The notes: generated from the sequence alone by a model not told the origin. 64,000 bases of DNA from Thecamonas trahens ATCC 50062 (GCF_000142905.1 NW_013657674.1:90393-154392), one strand, 5' to 3'. Counted from the stretch's first letter, positions 1 to 11,354 are shown. Translations and numbers: made by a program.

Positions 1-126
1 ACGCCTTCTATGCAGACGTGTAAGGCAACTTTATCCCATTACGGAGTGGACACGCCCTTTGTCACCAGGCGACCTCGGGTGTATGCCACAGTTGTGCAAC
101 CTGGCGCGGTGCGAGAAATCGTACCG

Positions 127-2602
127 TTAAGGGTTTGAGCTCCGCTTGGACTTCCAGAACTCGTTAAAGTCGATGCGGAACGAGAGGTTGCGGAGCGCCG
201 AGGCCGACTGGGCGTTGAGCATGTCGATGAGCTGGGTGACCAGCTCGTCGTACTTGACGTTGAAGGCGCCAAGCTGCGCACGGGCCTGCGGCGTTAGCTG
301 GTAGTACGAGCTCGCTGACGCGTCCGACTCCTTGTCGGTCGTACCCCACTCGCCAGCAAGGACCCGCTCGTAGGCGCGAGCCTCGGCGGCGGCCCGGCGA
401 GCGACCTCGCCCATGGCAGAGTCGTAGAAAACGTCCTGGGTGGTGCGGAACTTGGAGATGAGGGCAAAAATCTGGGTGATGAGCGAGAGCAGCTCCTCGG
501 CCGAGCCGTCGAGCAGGACCCGCTCCAGGATGCGGTCGATGTACGCCTCGTGAGCACCGTAGATGGCGTCCAGGTCAAGGTGAGTGCGGTCAGAGGTAAG
601 GAGCTCGACGAGCTCGGTCCATGCGCCTTCGATTTCAAACATGATGTAGTACTGGAGGTTGAAGACAAAGTGGGCCATCTCATTGCGCAGGATGTGACAC
701 TTGCGGACGACGAGGTCGAGCTCCGGCAGCTGCCGCAGAGCAGACGCCGAGTTGACGTGCCGCTGCCAGGTAGACGACAGGTGCCGCTCCACCCGCTTCA
801 GCCGCCAAAGGAACGAGAAGAGCTGCAGGTACTTGGCCCGCACGTCGTTGGTAAAGATGGTAGTGAGCGGCCCGGTGAAGACGTAGTCGAGCGAGAACAC
901 GTCCCATCCGATGTCGCCCGGCGACGCCTCCAGCAGCATGACATCCAGCTTGTCCGCCAGCTCGGCATCGGCAATCGGCGTTGTCGACTTGAGCGCCGTT
1001 TCCAAAATACCCAGCAGGTTGTGGCGGAAGACCTGCGAGGCCGGCCGCGCCAGCTCGTCGTCGAGCAGCTCCATGAGGTACCCGACAAAGTCGCCCTGGC
1101 CCAGCAGCAGGTAGCGGCGGCAAATGTCGAGGACCGGCATGAGCTTAAACTGGCCCAAGAGCGTGGATCGGACCGCGGCGTTGACTGCGTCTGACGCTGC
1201 CGCCACAAGTCCGGCAAGCTGGCTGCTCGCCGATGCGTACGTCACCGCCTCCCACGCGCCGACGAGGGCACCGTCAAAGGCAAAGTCGGTCACCCCGCAC
1301 GCACGCCGCAGAAAAGCCACAGACTTTCCGATGCGCAGAATGTCCGAGGCCAGGTCCGGACCAACAAACGACGGCACGAGCCCATCTACGAGCTCGTACT
1401 TGCCGTGCCACGCCTCGTCGGCGCTAGCTGCTCCATTGGGCACCACAAAGAACTCGCCAAAAGGGTCAGCAAGCTCGCCGTCAAACATCCACCGCGACGT
1501 CATGGCAAAGAACGGAACACAGACCTGCTCCAGCAGCGACTCGACAAACGCCGCCACAAACGGGTCGCCGTGCTTGGCAAATGCGTGGATGGTCGACACG
1601 AGCTCGCCACCCTGCAGCCCGCGCGCCGCGTCTGCTACCATGGCCACGGCCTTCATCCGCACCAGCGGGTCCTGCACCCACACCACCAGCCGCCGCAGCG
1701 TCAGCGCCTGTCCATGCGCACCCGGCCCGGCCGCCACCTGCGCTTCGAGCACCGCCAGCAGCTTAAAGTACTCGGCGAGCTCGCCCTGCAACGCGCCGAC
1801 GAGCGCCTGCCCGACAAGGCCCAGCGACGGGGCCGCCGACGCCTGAACCACAAACGCCTTGACCCGCATGTACAACCACCCGAGCTCCGCCACCCGTCGC
1901 ACAAGATTCGCCTGTCCGGCCTTGACTCGTGCCCGCGGATCGACGGCAAACGCCTGCGCCCGCTTGTCGAACGCCACCACTCGCCCGTCTATGCCTTGCA
2001 GCGCGTAGATGACGTCTCGCAGCAGCTCGTTCTCGCTCACACCGCCATCGTTTCCAGACCCCGCACGCACAGCACCCTCTCCGGCGCCACGACGGACCAT
2101 CTCCACCTCTTTGGCCGCCGCCGCCGAGAGGCCCACGGCGGCCGACGGAAGGGTCGACGACGCCGCGCCAGCCGACGTCGGCATCAGCAGCCTCGGTAGC
2201 GGCTTTGCCGGCAGCGGAACATCGCCAGTCTCGGCCAGCGCCGCCAAAACATGCACCACTGACCACTTGCGGGTGACGACGGCCATGCTCTCCAGCCTGC
2301 GGACCAGATCAGCAAAGGCCACGGCATGGCTCTGGCGGCCAGCCCTGGCGACTGCACGCGAGTGAGTGAGGGGAGAGGAAGCAGAGAGGGGCAGAGAGGG
2401 GCAGAGAGGGGAGACTGTCCAACATGAGCTACGTACGGCTTCGTTGGACGGCTTCCGAGGTGTGGAACAGGTCGGGAATGGGTGCTGCCGAGAGGCGCGA
2501 GGTCAGGAGGGTGTGGCAGAGTGAGACCAGCTGGCTACGACCTGCCGGTCCCGTGGCCGACGGCACGAACGTCCCCACCAGCTGCTCCAGGAGCTCGTTC
2601 AT
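127..2602 (-). CDS. TUBGCP3: Gamma-tubulin complex component 3 (Spc98/GCP3); exons 2602-2437 and 2351-127
   Basis: GRIP motifs (ENELLRDVIYALQGIDG, ELGWLY, RRYLLLGQGDF, GWDVFSLDY, LSFRIDFNEF). Intron 2436-2352 (GTACGT...TGCAG, phase 1) joins ATG 2602 in frame to the 731-aa ORF. Confidence 0.92.
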
Positions 2603-2980
2603 TGATGAGAGGTGGTGGACGTGGAGACGGTGGTGGAGGATGGAGGGTGGAGGGTGGAATGCGAGTCGCCAACGGGTGTTACCTTGCCTGGGGGTGAGGT
2701 CAGCCTCGGTCTGCCCGACGCCCTCGTCGCTACGACTGGCGACGGTGGTGATCGATCGGTCCACATTTGGCGCCAAAGGCCTTCGTGTGGCGCGAAAATG
2801 GCCAATGGCCAAGCCAAACTCCATTCCATGGCGTGTCATCCGATTCGGAACATTCGTAGGAGGGATGATGGCACAGATGTGAGTCGGTGCGAGAGGGTTG
2901 GGGTTGGGGGGGGGGGGGGGGGGGAGGGGGGACACGGGGGGACGGGCAGGCGGGGCGGGAGCACACGTCGCGTTTTGAGC

Positions 2981-4717
2981 ATGTCTCTACGACGGTCGTG
3001 TGACGCTTGCCGCTTCTTCCACAGACGGTGCTCGGGTGAGCGTAGTGGCTGCCAGGACTGTCTTCGCCGTGGGGAGGCCTGTGTCTACTCGCCTCGCAAG
3101 CGGCGGCGAGCAAGGTCAGAAGCCAGCCCGGCGTCGTCGACGAGCACCACGCCGGGCGAGAGTTGCAACACGGGCGACAGAAGCAGCGCAAGTGGTGGTC
3201 AAGGAAGTAGTGGAGCGAGCGTCAATGTCAACGGCGATGATGAGGAGCGCAAGAAGCGCATCAAGCGCGTGTGTACCCTGAATCGCGCTCCGAGCACACG
3301 CGTCGCCGAGCTGGAACAGGTCTTGTGGCTCTTCTCTCGGTTCGTCAATCCTGCCCTCGGCGCTGCACGGCTGAGCGATGCGATGCTCGCGCGTCTGAGG
3401 CGTGTGGGTGGAACGCCAGATGCGGGCCCGGAAGAGGCGATGGTCGTCCACAGCATGGTCGGCTATGTGCGACGGAGCACCGGCGCCGAGTGCCACAGCG
3501 CCATTGCGGCGGCACGGAGCGTCATGCCGTCGACTGCCGCCTCGCCGCAGGCGGGATCGTCAGCCGAGCGATTTGGCGCGTTGGCCCATCTCATTCTTGC
3601 GGGCCTGCACATTGGCGAGAACCCAGTCGAGGTTCGGCGCCACGTCTCGCTCGGATGGGCTGCGATCGATGTCGCCTTTGTCAAGGACGGTAAGCCAACC
3701 CGCATTATGGACCGCGCCACGGCGGCGTCGGACATGGGCGCACTCATCCGTGCCTTCGCCGCTTTGGATGGCCTGAACACAATCGGCCTGCAGCTGATGG
3801 AGCTTGGGCCGGGTGATGCCCATATGGCGCGCTGCCTCTTCGGCTGCACGTTCATTCCGTCGTTTGGTACCTGGAGCCCGATGCCACCGCTGTGGTGGAC
3901 CGCCTTTCAGACTGTCTACTTTCCCATTGTCGAAAAGTACATTGGCTCGGCAGCGTTTTTGGACAACTTGTCGCCGCTTGCCGTCCCGCTCGGCCGCAAG
4001 CTCCAGGCTATTATGAGTTCTGGGCTTGCGGCTCCCTGTAGCGACGGCGACGCGGACATTGTTCGTGCACTGCACAACGCCGTTCCTGGCATGACGCTAG
4101 CGCTTGATCTGCTCAACGCTGACCTCGGCTCCAACTCACCGCTGGAAGCTCTCGCCTGCGGCGTCCCTACCGCTACCGAAGCCGGGTTTCTCTCGTGCAT
4201 ACTGGACCACATTGCAGTAGCCGAGTCGCCCTGGGCGCCAACGCGAGTAGATGAGGCCGTGGCCATGGTCAACTCGCTCGATAACGACATCGTTTTCCTC
4301 TCGAGTTTCGTGTCTCTCTTTGCCATCGGTGCTTCCATTGTCGCCCTCTCGTCGGCCATTGTGTCACACTCTGTGCTTACTGGCATTCAGACCATGCTGT
4401 CGCGAATCCCCCACGACCCCCTCGCAAGTGTTGTGACGCGCCTTGTCGAGGACGCGTGTCGCAAGGCCGCTGCGCCAAACACGACCGAAGACCCAGCGCT
4501 CTCTGGCATGACGACCTCCTCGTTTGTTGAAAGCGAGAATCTCTTGTTGGCTCCGCATGATGACGGAAGCTCGGCCCCTGCCGACCAATTGCATCTCGAG
4601 CCTGTCGTCGACATCAACCCGGCGGAGGAGGCGGGGTCTGTTGACAACCTCCTTGCCATGCTGCGGTTGGAAGCCATGCAAGACGACGATTTCTTGCTCC
4701 AAATTCCCCAAAGTTGA
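2981..4717 (+). CDS. Zn(II)2Cys6 binuclear-cluster transcription factor
   Basis: ATG 2981 gives MSLRRSCDACRFFHRRCSGERSGCQDCLRRGEACVY, which is C-x2-C-x6-C-x6-C-x2-C-x6-C. It is followed by a basic NLS (RKRRR) and ends in an acidic C-terminus. Confidence 0.85.
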   Translation: MSLRRSCDACRFFHRRCSGERSGCQDCLRRGEACVYSPRKRRRARSEASPASSTSTTPGESCNTGDRSSASGGQGSSGASVNVNGDDEERKKRIKRVCTLNRAPSTRVAELEQVLWLFSRFVNPALGAARLSDAMLARLRRVGGTPDAGPEEAMVVHSMVGYVRRSTGAECHSAIAAARSVMPSTAASPQAGSSAERFGALAHLILAGLHIGENPVEVRRHVSLGWAAIDVAFVKDGKPTRIMDRATAASDMGALIRAFAALDGLNTIGLQLMELGPGDAHMARCLFGCTFIPSFGTWSPMPPLWWTAFQTVYFPIVEKYIGSAAFLDNLSPLAVPLGRKLQAIMSSGLAAPCSDGDADIVRALHNAVPGMTLALDLLNADLGSNSPLEALACGVPTATEAGFLSCILDHIAVAESPWAPTRVDEAVAMVNSLDNDIVFLSSFVSLFAIGASIVALSSAIVSHSVLTGIQTMLSRIPHDPLASVVTRLVEDACRKAAAPNTTEDPALSGMTTSSFVESENLLLAPHDDGSSAPADQLHLEPVVDINPAEEAGSVDNLLAMLRLEAMQDDDFLLQIPQS

Positions 4718-4749
4718 GGATAGCTTGCGCTACTCTTGCGTCTGCGCTT

Positions 4750-6029
4750 CTACTCGGAGCCTTGCCGGATGTTGAGCATGACAACAAAGACCGAGACATA
4801 GACCGAGAGCGCCTCAATGAGCGCTACGGGTGTGATGAGAAGGCCGCAGAGTCGAAAGCCGAACCGCCGACTGCGGATCCGGAGCAAGGCCCGGTCGACC
4901 GCCGCGTGCTCTTCTGCTGAAGAGCACGAGTACAGCGCGACGGTCTTGAGCATGCGAGTGGTGCCGATGGAAAACATCGCGATGCCGCGATGAGGATGGG
5001 TGCGAGGGTGGACATGGCTGTCAGGATGGCAAAAAACTGCAGTGCCACAAGATCGTTCGATGAGTAGTCCTCGATAACGACCAGGGCGACGGAGAACATG
5101 GCGATGGTGACTAGCTTCAGGAGACAGATAAGGATGAACATCGGCTGAAGAATGCGCATGGCGCGAGAGAGATCGTGGCAAATCTCTGTATGGCGGGCAA
5201 GGATGGTAAACGGCTCGAGCGTCCTCAACGTGGCCTTGACTCGTGCGCCAAACGCGAGCAGCGCCCCGATGACCAAGGCCGCTGACCCGATCCATGGCAG
5301 CATGATGAACGAGAGCGCAACAAGGTAGCCAGCCCGGACGAACGGGTTCGACTTGACGCCATCGAGAATAAAGTCGACAACCCGCGAGTGGTGCGCGTCG
5401 TCGTCCCAAGCTGTTGCCCACGCGCTCATCACATTGATGGTGCACACAACTGCGGTGCCAATGAGCGCCCACTTGAAGATCCGATCAACTCGCGCCCGCG
5501 CCTCGGCTGCCGATGTCGTGGCCAGCATCAAGGCCACTAGCTCGGTGTACCAGTCGACCGGCAAGCTCCAGGCCGAGGCCAGGAGGAGGAGGGCAGTGTA
5601 GCCAAAGAGCAGCGCATTGACGCCCACAATGGCTGCGTACTCGCCGGCCCGGGCCACCATCGCCTCCCACGCCGCGCATGAGATGCCGGCAAAGACAACG
5701 GCGCCCACGCACGCGCCACCCTTGCGCCACTTGCTCCGCATGCCAACAAGTCCGGCAAAGCGCAGAACGGCTCCAAACCGAGCCGTCCACACCATCAACC
5801 GGTCGTGACTCGGATGCCCCTCGTCCGAACCGCCGGCCTCGAGCCCATCGACATCGACATCGACACTATTGTGGCCACTGTGGGCGAGCTCCCGGCTCGG
5901 CGCCACCGGGCTGGTCGGAAATATCCCCCTCAACGGCGGTAGGCTGGCCGGTAGTTCCCGCATCCGCACCACCGGTGGGGAGCTACCCGGCTCGGGTTCT
6001 GTACTCAAACCTCGGCTCAGGGTCACCAT
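4750..6029 (-). CDS. Gustatory-receptor-like 7TM ion channel (GRL/7TMIC), split by a 1-nt frameshift near 4971-4986
   Basis: ORF 4824-6179 has six hydrophobic helices. The seventh, GR-like segment GFRLCGLLITPVALIEALSVYVSVFVVMLNI lies in the overlapping frame ending at 4750. One inserted base joins the two frames. Confidence 0.7.
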
Positions 6030-6428
6030 GAACGAGAGTGGCAACTGCTCCACGAGCGCGACAGTAGAGGACGAGGACGAGCAGGTTGCACAAGAGGCCT
6101 GACAAGGACTGGACGACAGGTGTGTGTAAAAGGCACATCCATGCACAGGTACTGTAAGCATACGAGCGATTCGAAACACGTTGCCTTGCTTGGGTGACTT
6201 GTGGAGTGGGCATCACAAATTGGCAAAAACAGAAGTAAAGCACCCCCCCCTCCTCTCCCTCCCTCCCCACTCCCTCCTTTCCCCTCCCCTCAATTGTCGG
6301 TCTGTTGTTGGATGCCGGTCGGTCGTGTGGCGGAGGGTGCGAATGAAAAAGTGAAAAACATGACGAGCGAGCGAGTGGCGATTTGCGCGAGCTGAATTGG
6401 TATTCACTATCCCTCTCCATTTCCAAGC

Positions 6429-7311
6429 ATGACTGTCAAGCGTCGGAACCATGGCAAGAACCGCAAGGGCCGCGGCTCCGTCCCCTTTGTGCGCTGCACC
6501 AACTGCTCGCGCGCCGTCCCCAAGGTACGCACTCTATCTGTCTCTTGCTGGTCCTGAGGTGTCTGCCCATCTCCTTACCTCCGCCCTGCGCCGTGTCTGT
6601 GCGCTGGCGGCTTTGGCCGACTGGCCGAGATGCTTGAGCATTTTTGGTTGCTGCCGTCGAGTCCAAGGCAGGCCACGGCGGCCAACGCCTGCAGCTGCGA
6701 CTGCGGGTGCTACGGGCAGGTAGCTGTAGTTCCGGCTGCGCCTGGCTGAGCCTGTGGGCTGTGGCGCTGGGTTGTCGCGCGCGTGTGGGCGCGGTATGAG
6801 GCGGGGTGCTGGCTATGGGCATCGATGGTATTTTTGTGTGTGAGTGGGCGAGGAGGACGCACCGGGGGGTATGGGCAAGGCACTCACCTTTTGACGACCG
6901 GATGTGGCTGGCTGGATGCCCCTGTAGGACAAGTGCGTCCGCCGTATGCTTGTGCGCAACATGATCGAGTCTGCTGGCCAGCGTGACATCATCGAGGCCT
7001 CGGTCTACGACGTCTTTGTCATCCCCAAGATGTACATCAAGCTGACGTACTGCATCTCGTGCGCCCTGCACGCCCGCGTTGTCCGCGCCCGCCCGGCCAA
7101 GGACCGCAAGAACCGCGAGCCGCCGCGCCGCCCGCGCCGCCGCCGTGACGACGACAACAAGAAGAAGCCGTACGGCACCCAGAACAACGAGGCTGCCGAG
7201 TCGGCCATCGCCGCCGCTCTCGCCGCCAAGGCCGCCGCCGCCACCGCCACCGAGGGTGCTGCCGAGGCCGTCACCGAGACTGCTGCTGCCGAGGCCCCTG
7301 TTGAGGCGTAA
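6429..7311 (+). CDS. RPS26: 40S ribosomal protein eS26; exons 6429-6524 and 6928-7311
   Basis: [32 protein letters not shown]|DKCVRR...[13 protein letters not shown]. Intron GTACGC...TGTAG is phase 0. Confidence 0.96.
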
Positions 7312-7494
7312 ACCCCAAAGACACCAAGCTTGCGCTCTTTGCTGTCTCCCTTCCCCCCTGCCTCGTCCCTGTTGCCCTGGCGTGTGTGGCGAGTGCCCGC
7401 CCCGGCTTGATCCCTCCTCCAGCCCCAGCCACAGTACTGCCTGCCGTTTTAGCGCTACAGCTTGGCCTCGAGCATAGCACGCTGAGCGATGCGT

Positions 7495-10400
7495 TTACTC
7501 GTCCGAGTCCGAGTCGTCGGAATCAGCCTCGATGTCGGGCATGGTGAGGGATGCGAGGACGGTGCGGAGGGCATTGGTCTCGCGACGGAGCTCGGCAGCC
7601 TCGCTGGCTCCGTCCGCTTCGGCGGCGGCGATCCAGTTCTCGCACGTGGCGAGGATGATGTGCTGCTTGAGGAAAAGTGGGCACGGATGATAGTCTCAAA
7701 ACCGCGAGGCGGCGACTCGATCTGTTCGCGCATAGCGTAGCGGATGGTGGCGACCTGGCGGAGCCGCGAGTAGGAAGCCGACGCGCGATCGCCTTCCGGC
7801 GTGCCCATCGACCGCTCGTAGCCGGGCTCGTTGAAGTACGGGTGCGGGACAAGAATGAGCGACTGGATGGAGATGAGGACCTGGAGAAAGGTTGACGTCT
7901 CAGCGTTCCAGTTCTCGCCTTCAGCGCCCGACCATGTGCCTAGCAGCGAGAGGCAAACCTTGCCGCAGTTGTACAGGTTGGGGTTGAACCTCACCGAGCC
8001 CGCGCCAGTCGTCTGCAGGTTGACGAGCGGATTGCTTGAAGGATACGAGGCCGGGAAGGCGATGTCGAAGAGGAACGCTCCCGAGGCGTACGGCGTGTCC
8101 TCAGGTCCCATAATAAGCGCCTGCATGCAGTCGGTCCGGTCCTCCGAGACGAGGACAAAGACCGACGACGAGAGGGTGAGCGGGAGCGAGGTGGCGAGCG
8201 ACGACTGCTCCTGCGCCAGCCGCAGGATCTTGGGCGCCGACGGCGGCGGCATCGAAAGGACCATCTTCTGGTAGTGGTGCTTGGTCATGTCCATCTCGCC
8301 CTCGCGGAACTGGAGTTCGCCGAGTGCGTGGGCGTAGAGTGACTCTGCTTCAGCGTCCTGCGCGTCGGCGGCTAGCGGGCGGAACTCGCTCGCGGACGAC
8401 GGAAGCGCGGCGGACGACTCGTCGTCGGTCTTTCCCTTGGCGCTCGAGCCTGCGCCACCCTCAATGTCCATAGCAACGCGGGTCGCGGCGCGTACAGCCT
8501 TGGTTGCCTCCACTGCCGCCTCGTACACGGCAAGGATGGCGCGCGCAAGGCCGGCCTGCTTGTCAGACGACGGCTCGTCGGACGACGGCGCAGTGTGCCC
8601 GGCTGCGGACGCGGTGTTGTAGGCGCGGACGGCGAAGGCGTACGAAGCCGCAGTTTGCGTCGGTGACGCTACGCTACCCACGATGCGGAGAAAGGCCTTG
8701 GCCATGGTTGCGAGCTTGGTGAGCTGGCTAAAGATGGAGCTTGTCTGATTGTCAGCAAGATCGAGGAGAGGGGCGAGGTCGGGCGAGGACGCGATGGCCG
8801 CCACAATGTCGAAGACCACGGTGTAGAGCTTGTCGTGGCGTGCAATGTCGAGGAGAGCATCGTTGCGGAGCTGCAGCACAATGAACGGGACGAGCGCAGA
8901 CTCAGTGACAGCGCGGACGTGCTCGGCCGGAAGGTCAGGGACGGCGATGGCGTCGCGAACGGCGTCGAGAATGCGGACCATGCGGATGTCTTTCTCCTGT
9001 TGAGCAGCAAGATACGCGTTGACATCCCACGACGCGCTCAGGCCCGAGCCGTGGCCATAGCCGGTACCTTTGGCCCAGTACTGCTGTTTGGTGGCTTCAG
9101 GCTGCATCTCGCTTTCGCCTGGCGAAGCAAGAGGCGGTTCGGCAGCAAGAGGCGACTCGCCGACCGGCATGGTTTCGCGCTTTTTGACAGGCGTGCCATC
9201 GTCGCGCGAGGTGATAGTGACCGACGGCGGGCCGGCGATGTCGGGCGGGGCGACTTGCGGCGCAAGCGCAGCGGCACCAAATTCGGCGAGCTGGTCGGCG
9301 TAGATGATGTTTGCGCGGGCCTCGACTTCCGAGGTGGTCTCGAGCTTGAGCAAATTGCGCTCGAGTTCCGAGTAGGCGCCCTCGGGGTAGCCGATGGGGT
9401 CGTTGCGCGGGTCATCAACTTCGAGGCGACCGAGCGACGCGAGCAAGTTCTTGATCTGGGTGAGGACGGCCTTCATCGAGACCACCGGGTTCCAGTTGGA
9501 GAACTTGAGCGCGTCCATGCACGTGACCTTGGACATCATAAAGGCCTGGAAGCGCGGGCGGACAAGCGAGACGGTCGGCGGGTAGAACGGATGGAGGTCC
9601 ATGACAAACGAGACCCTCAGCTCGGCATAGTCGTAGTCGTGGGCAGCCGAGATAGCGCGGAGGCCGGCCGCCATGTCCGACGACTCATCAAACTGGGAGA
9701 CTTTGACCGACCACTCGTAAATGTTGTCGTCGATGGGGGTGACAACAATGCCTGACGCAGCCTCTTCCTTCATCAGCTCAAGCAGGTCGTTGGTGAGAAT
9801 GCCCGAGGCCGCCGACGACGTAAAGACCTGCTTGGCCTCCTCTTGCATCTTCTCGCGCGAGGTGCGCCGAGCGCGGAAGCGGCGGCGCTCGGCCTCCTCC
9901 TCGCGCTCCTTGGCGGCGCGGAGCTCGTCCTCCTTGACACGCCACCGCTTCTTCAGCTTGAGCACCCGCAGCTCTTGCTCGAGATACGCCTCGGACGTAA
10001 CGTCAAGATCGCCGCCGAGCCCGAGCTCGCCGTCGGACGAGTAGCCGGACATCTCGATGACTGATGACGAACCGTAACCGTCGTCGTCAAACTCGTAATC
10101 GTCGCTGTCGTCGCTGAAGACCTCGCTCTTGCCGGCGGCTGGGGAGTGCGCACGCTTCGACCGGAGCGCGTACGAGGCGACCATGCGCTCAACAAGCCCG
10201 GCCACCGAGAGGGAGGCCGGCGGCTGGGCCATGGTCGACGAGTTGATATCCGACGCCCAGGCGGCTGCCGGCGAAGGAGCCTCAGCCTTGAGCGAGACAA
10301 ACAGATACTCATCGTCCGCATGCGGGTACGCAGCAGGAATCAAGACATCCACACTGATCGATGCCAGAACCGTCGCGTCCGAGTCCGGAACCAACACCAG

Positions 10401-10535
10401 CGAGAGGGTCCACGGCGAAGAGTCACCGTCGCGGGAGCACGACACATCGGTCACGCCTGCAGCATGGTTATTCGCTTTTGCCATCCCTGCATGCACCTCT
10501 TGCACAATGCTCTCTGCCGTGGAGAGTTCCGACAT
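7495..10535 (-). CDS. Multi-domain ubiquitin-conjugating enzyme: RWD-like + UBE2Q-like UBC + BIRC6/BRUCE-type C-terminal UBC; frameshift at 7673-7676
   Basis: PPTVSLVRPRF...KVTCMDAL (UBE2Q-like). YWAKGTGYGHG...WDV and RFNPNLYNCGKVCLSLLGTW (BIRC6-like). Adding one T restores IIRAHFFLKQHIILATCENWI, with stop at 7497-7495. Confidence 0.85.
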
Positions 10536-10633
10536 TGTTGGTGTGTGTGTCGGGGTGGGGGGGGTGTAGTGTGCGGAGGAGGGGAGGGGGGGGTGGAGGG
10601 AGGGGGGGTGAGGTGGTGAGTTGGAAGAAGAAC

Positions 10634-11030
10634 GAAGGGGAGTAACGATTATTGAACGAGACAATCATTGAAGGGGAGTACTGATTATTGAACGAGACAA
10701 TCATTGAAGGGGAGTACTGATTATCGTACGAGACAATCATTGAAGGGGAGTAACGATTATTGAACGAGACAATGATTGAAGGGGAGTACTGATTATTGAA
10801 CGAGACAATGATTGAAGGGGAGTACTGATTATTGAACGAGACAATCATTGAAGGGGAGTAACGATTATTGAACGAGACAATCATTGAAGGGGAGTACTGA
10901 TTATTGAACGAGACAATGATTGAAGGGGAGTAACGATTATTGAACGAGACAATGATTGAAGGGGAGTACTGATTATTGAACGAGACAATCATTGAAAGCG
11001 AGTCTAACGATTATTCAACGAACAATGAAT
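10634..11030. repeat. AT-rich tandem array: 10 x 36 bp plus one degenerate copy
   Basis: Unit GAAGGGGAGTA(AC/CT)GATTATTGAACGAGACAAT(C/G)ATT repeated head-to-tail over 10634-10993, with no spacers. Confidence 0.97.
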
Positions 11031-11354
11031 CGATAAGCAGTACAAACAAGTCCCTCCGGGACCAAGACACTACCGCCAACCATTACAGCTCCCAGGCTTG
11101 CTACGAAGACCAGCTTTCCACCACATCAGCCGCTCGCAGCACGTCATGCGTGGCAGCCCGCCGTGATCAGATCAATCCAGTCCAGACATACGTGTGGGCG
11201 GAGATCAAGCCCCCCATCAGCTCCGCCGAGGACACAGGTGACGGCGGCGGGTCGGCCAGTTTGCCGTCCGTTGGCGTGCGCCACCAGCGGCAGGCCTCTA
11301 AGCGAAGCAGACGGTCGAGAGGCGAGAGCACCCAACAAGGCGGCAGCAGAGACG

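Noticed and set aside
6525-6927. snoRNA hosted in the RPS26 intron
   Set aside because: I could not find a convincing C/D or H/ACA box arrangement.
10468-10992. 174-aa ORF of MIVSFNNQYSPS repeats
   Set aside because: It is a by-product of a repeat length divisible by 3, is out of frame with the E2 gene, and has atypical codon usage. A uORF role is not excluded.
10634-10993. CRISPR array (36-bp units containing ATTGAA[C/G])
   Set aside because: Units are contiguous with no unique spacers, there are no cas genes, and the context is eukaryotic.
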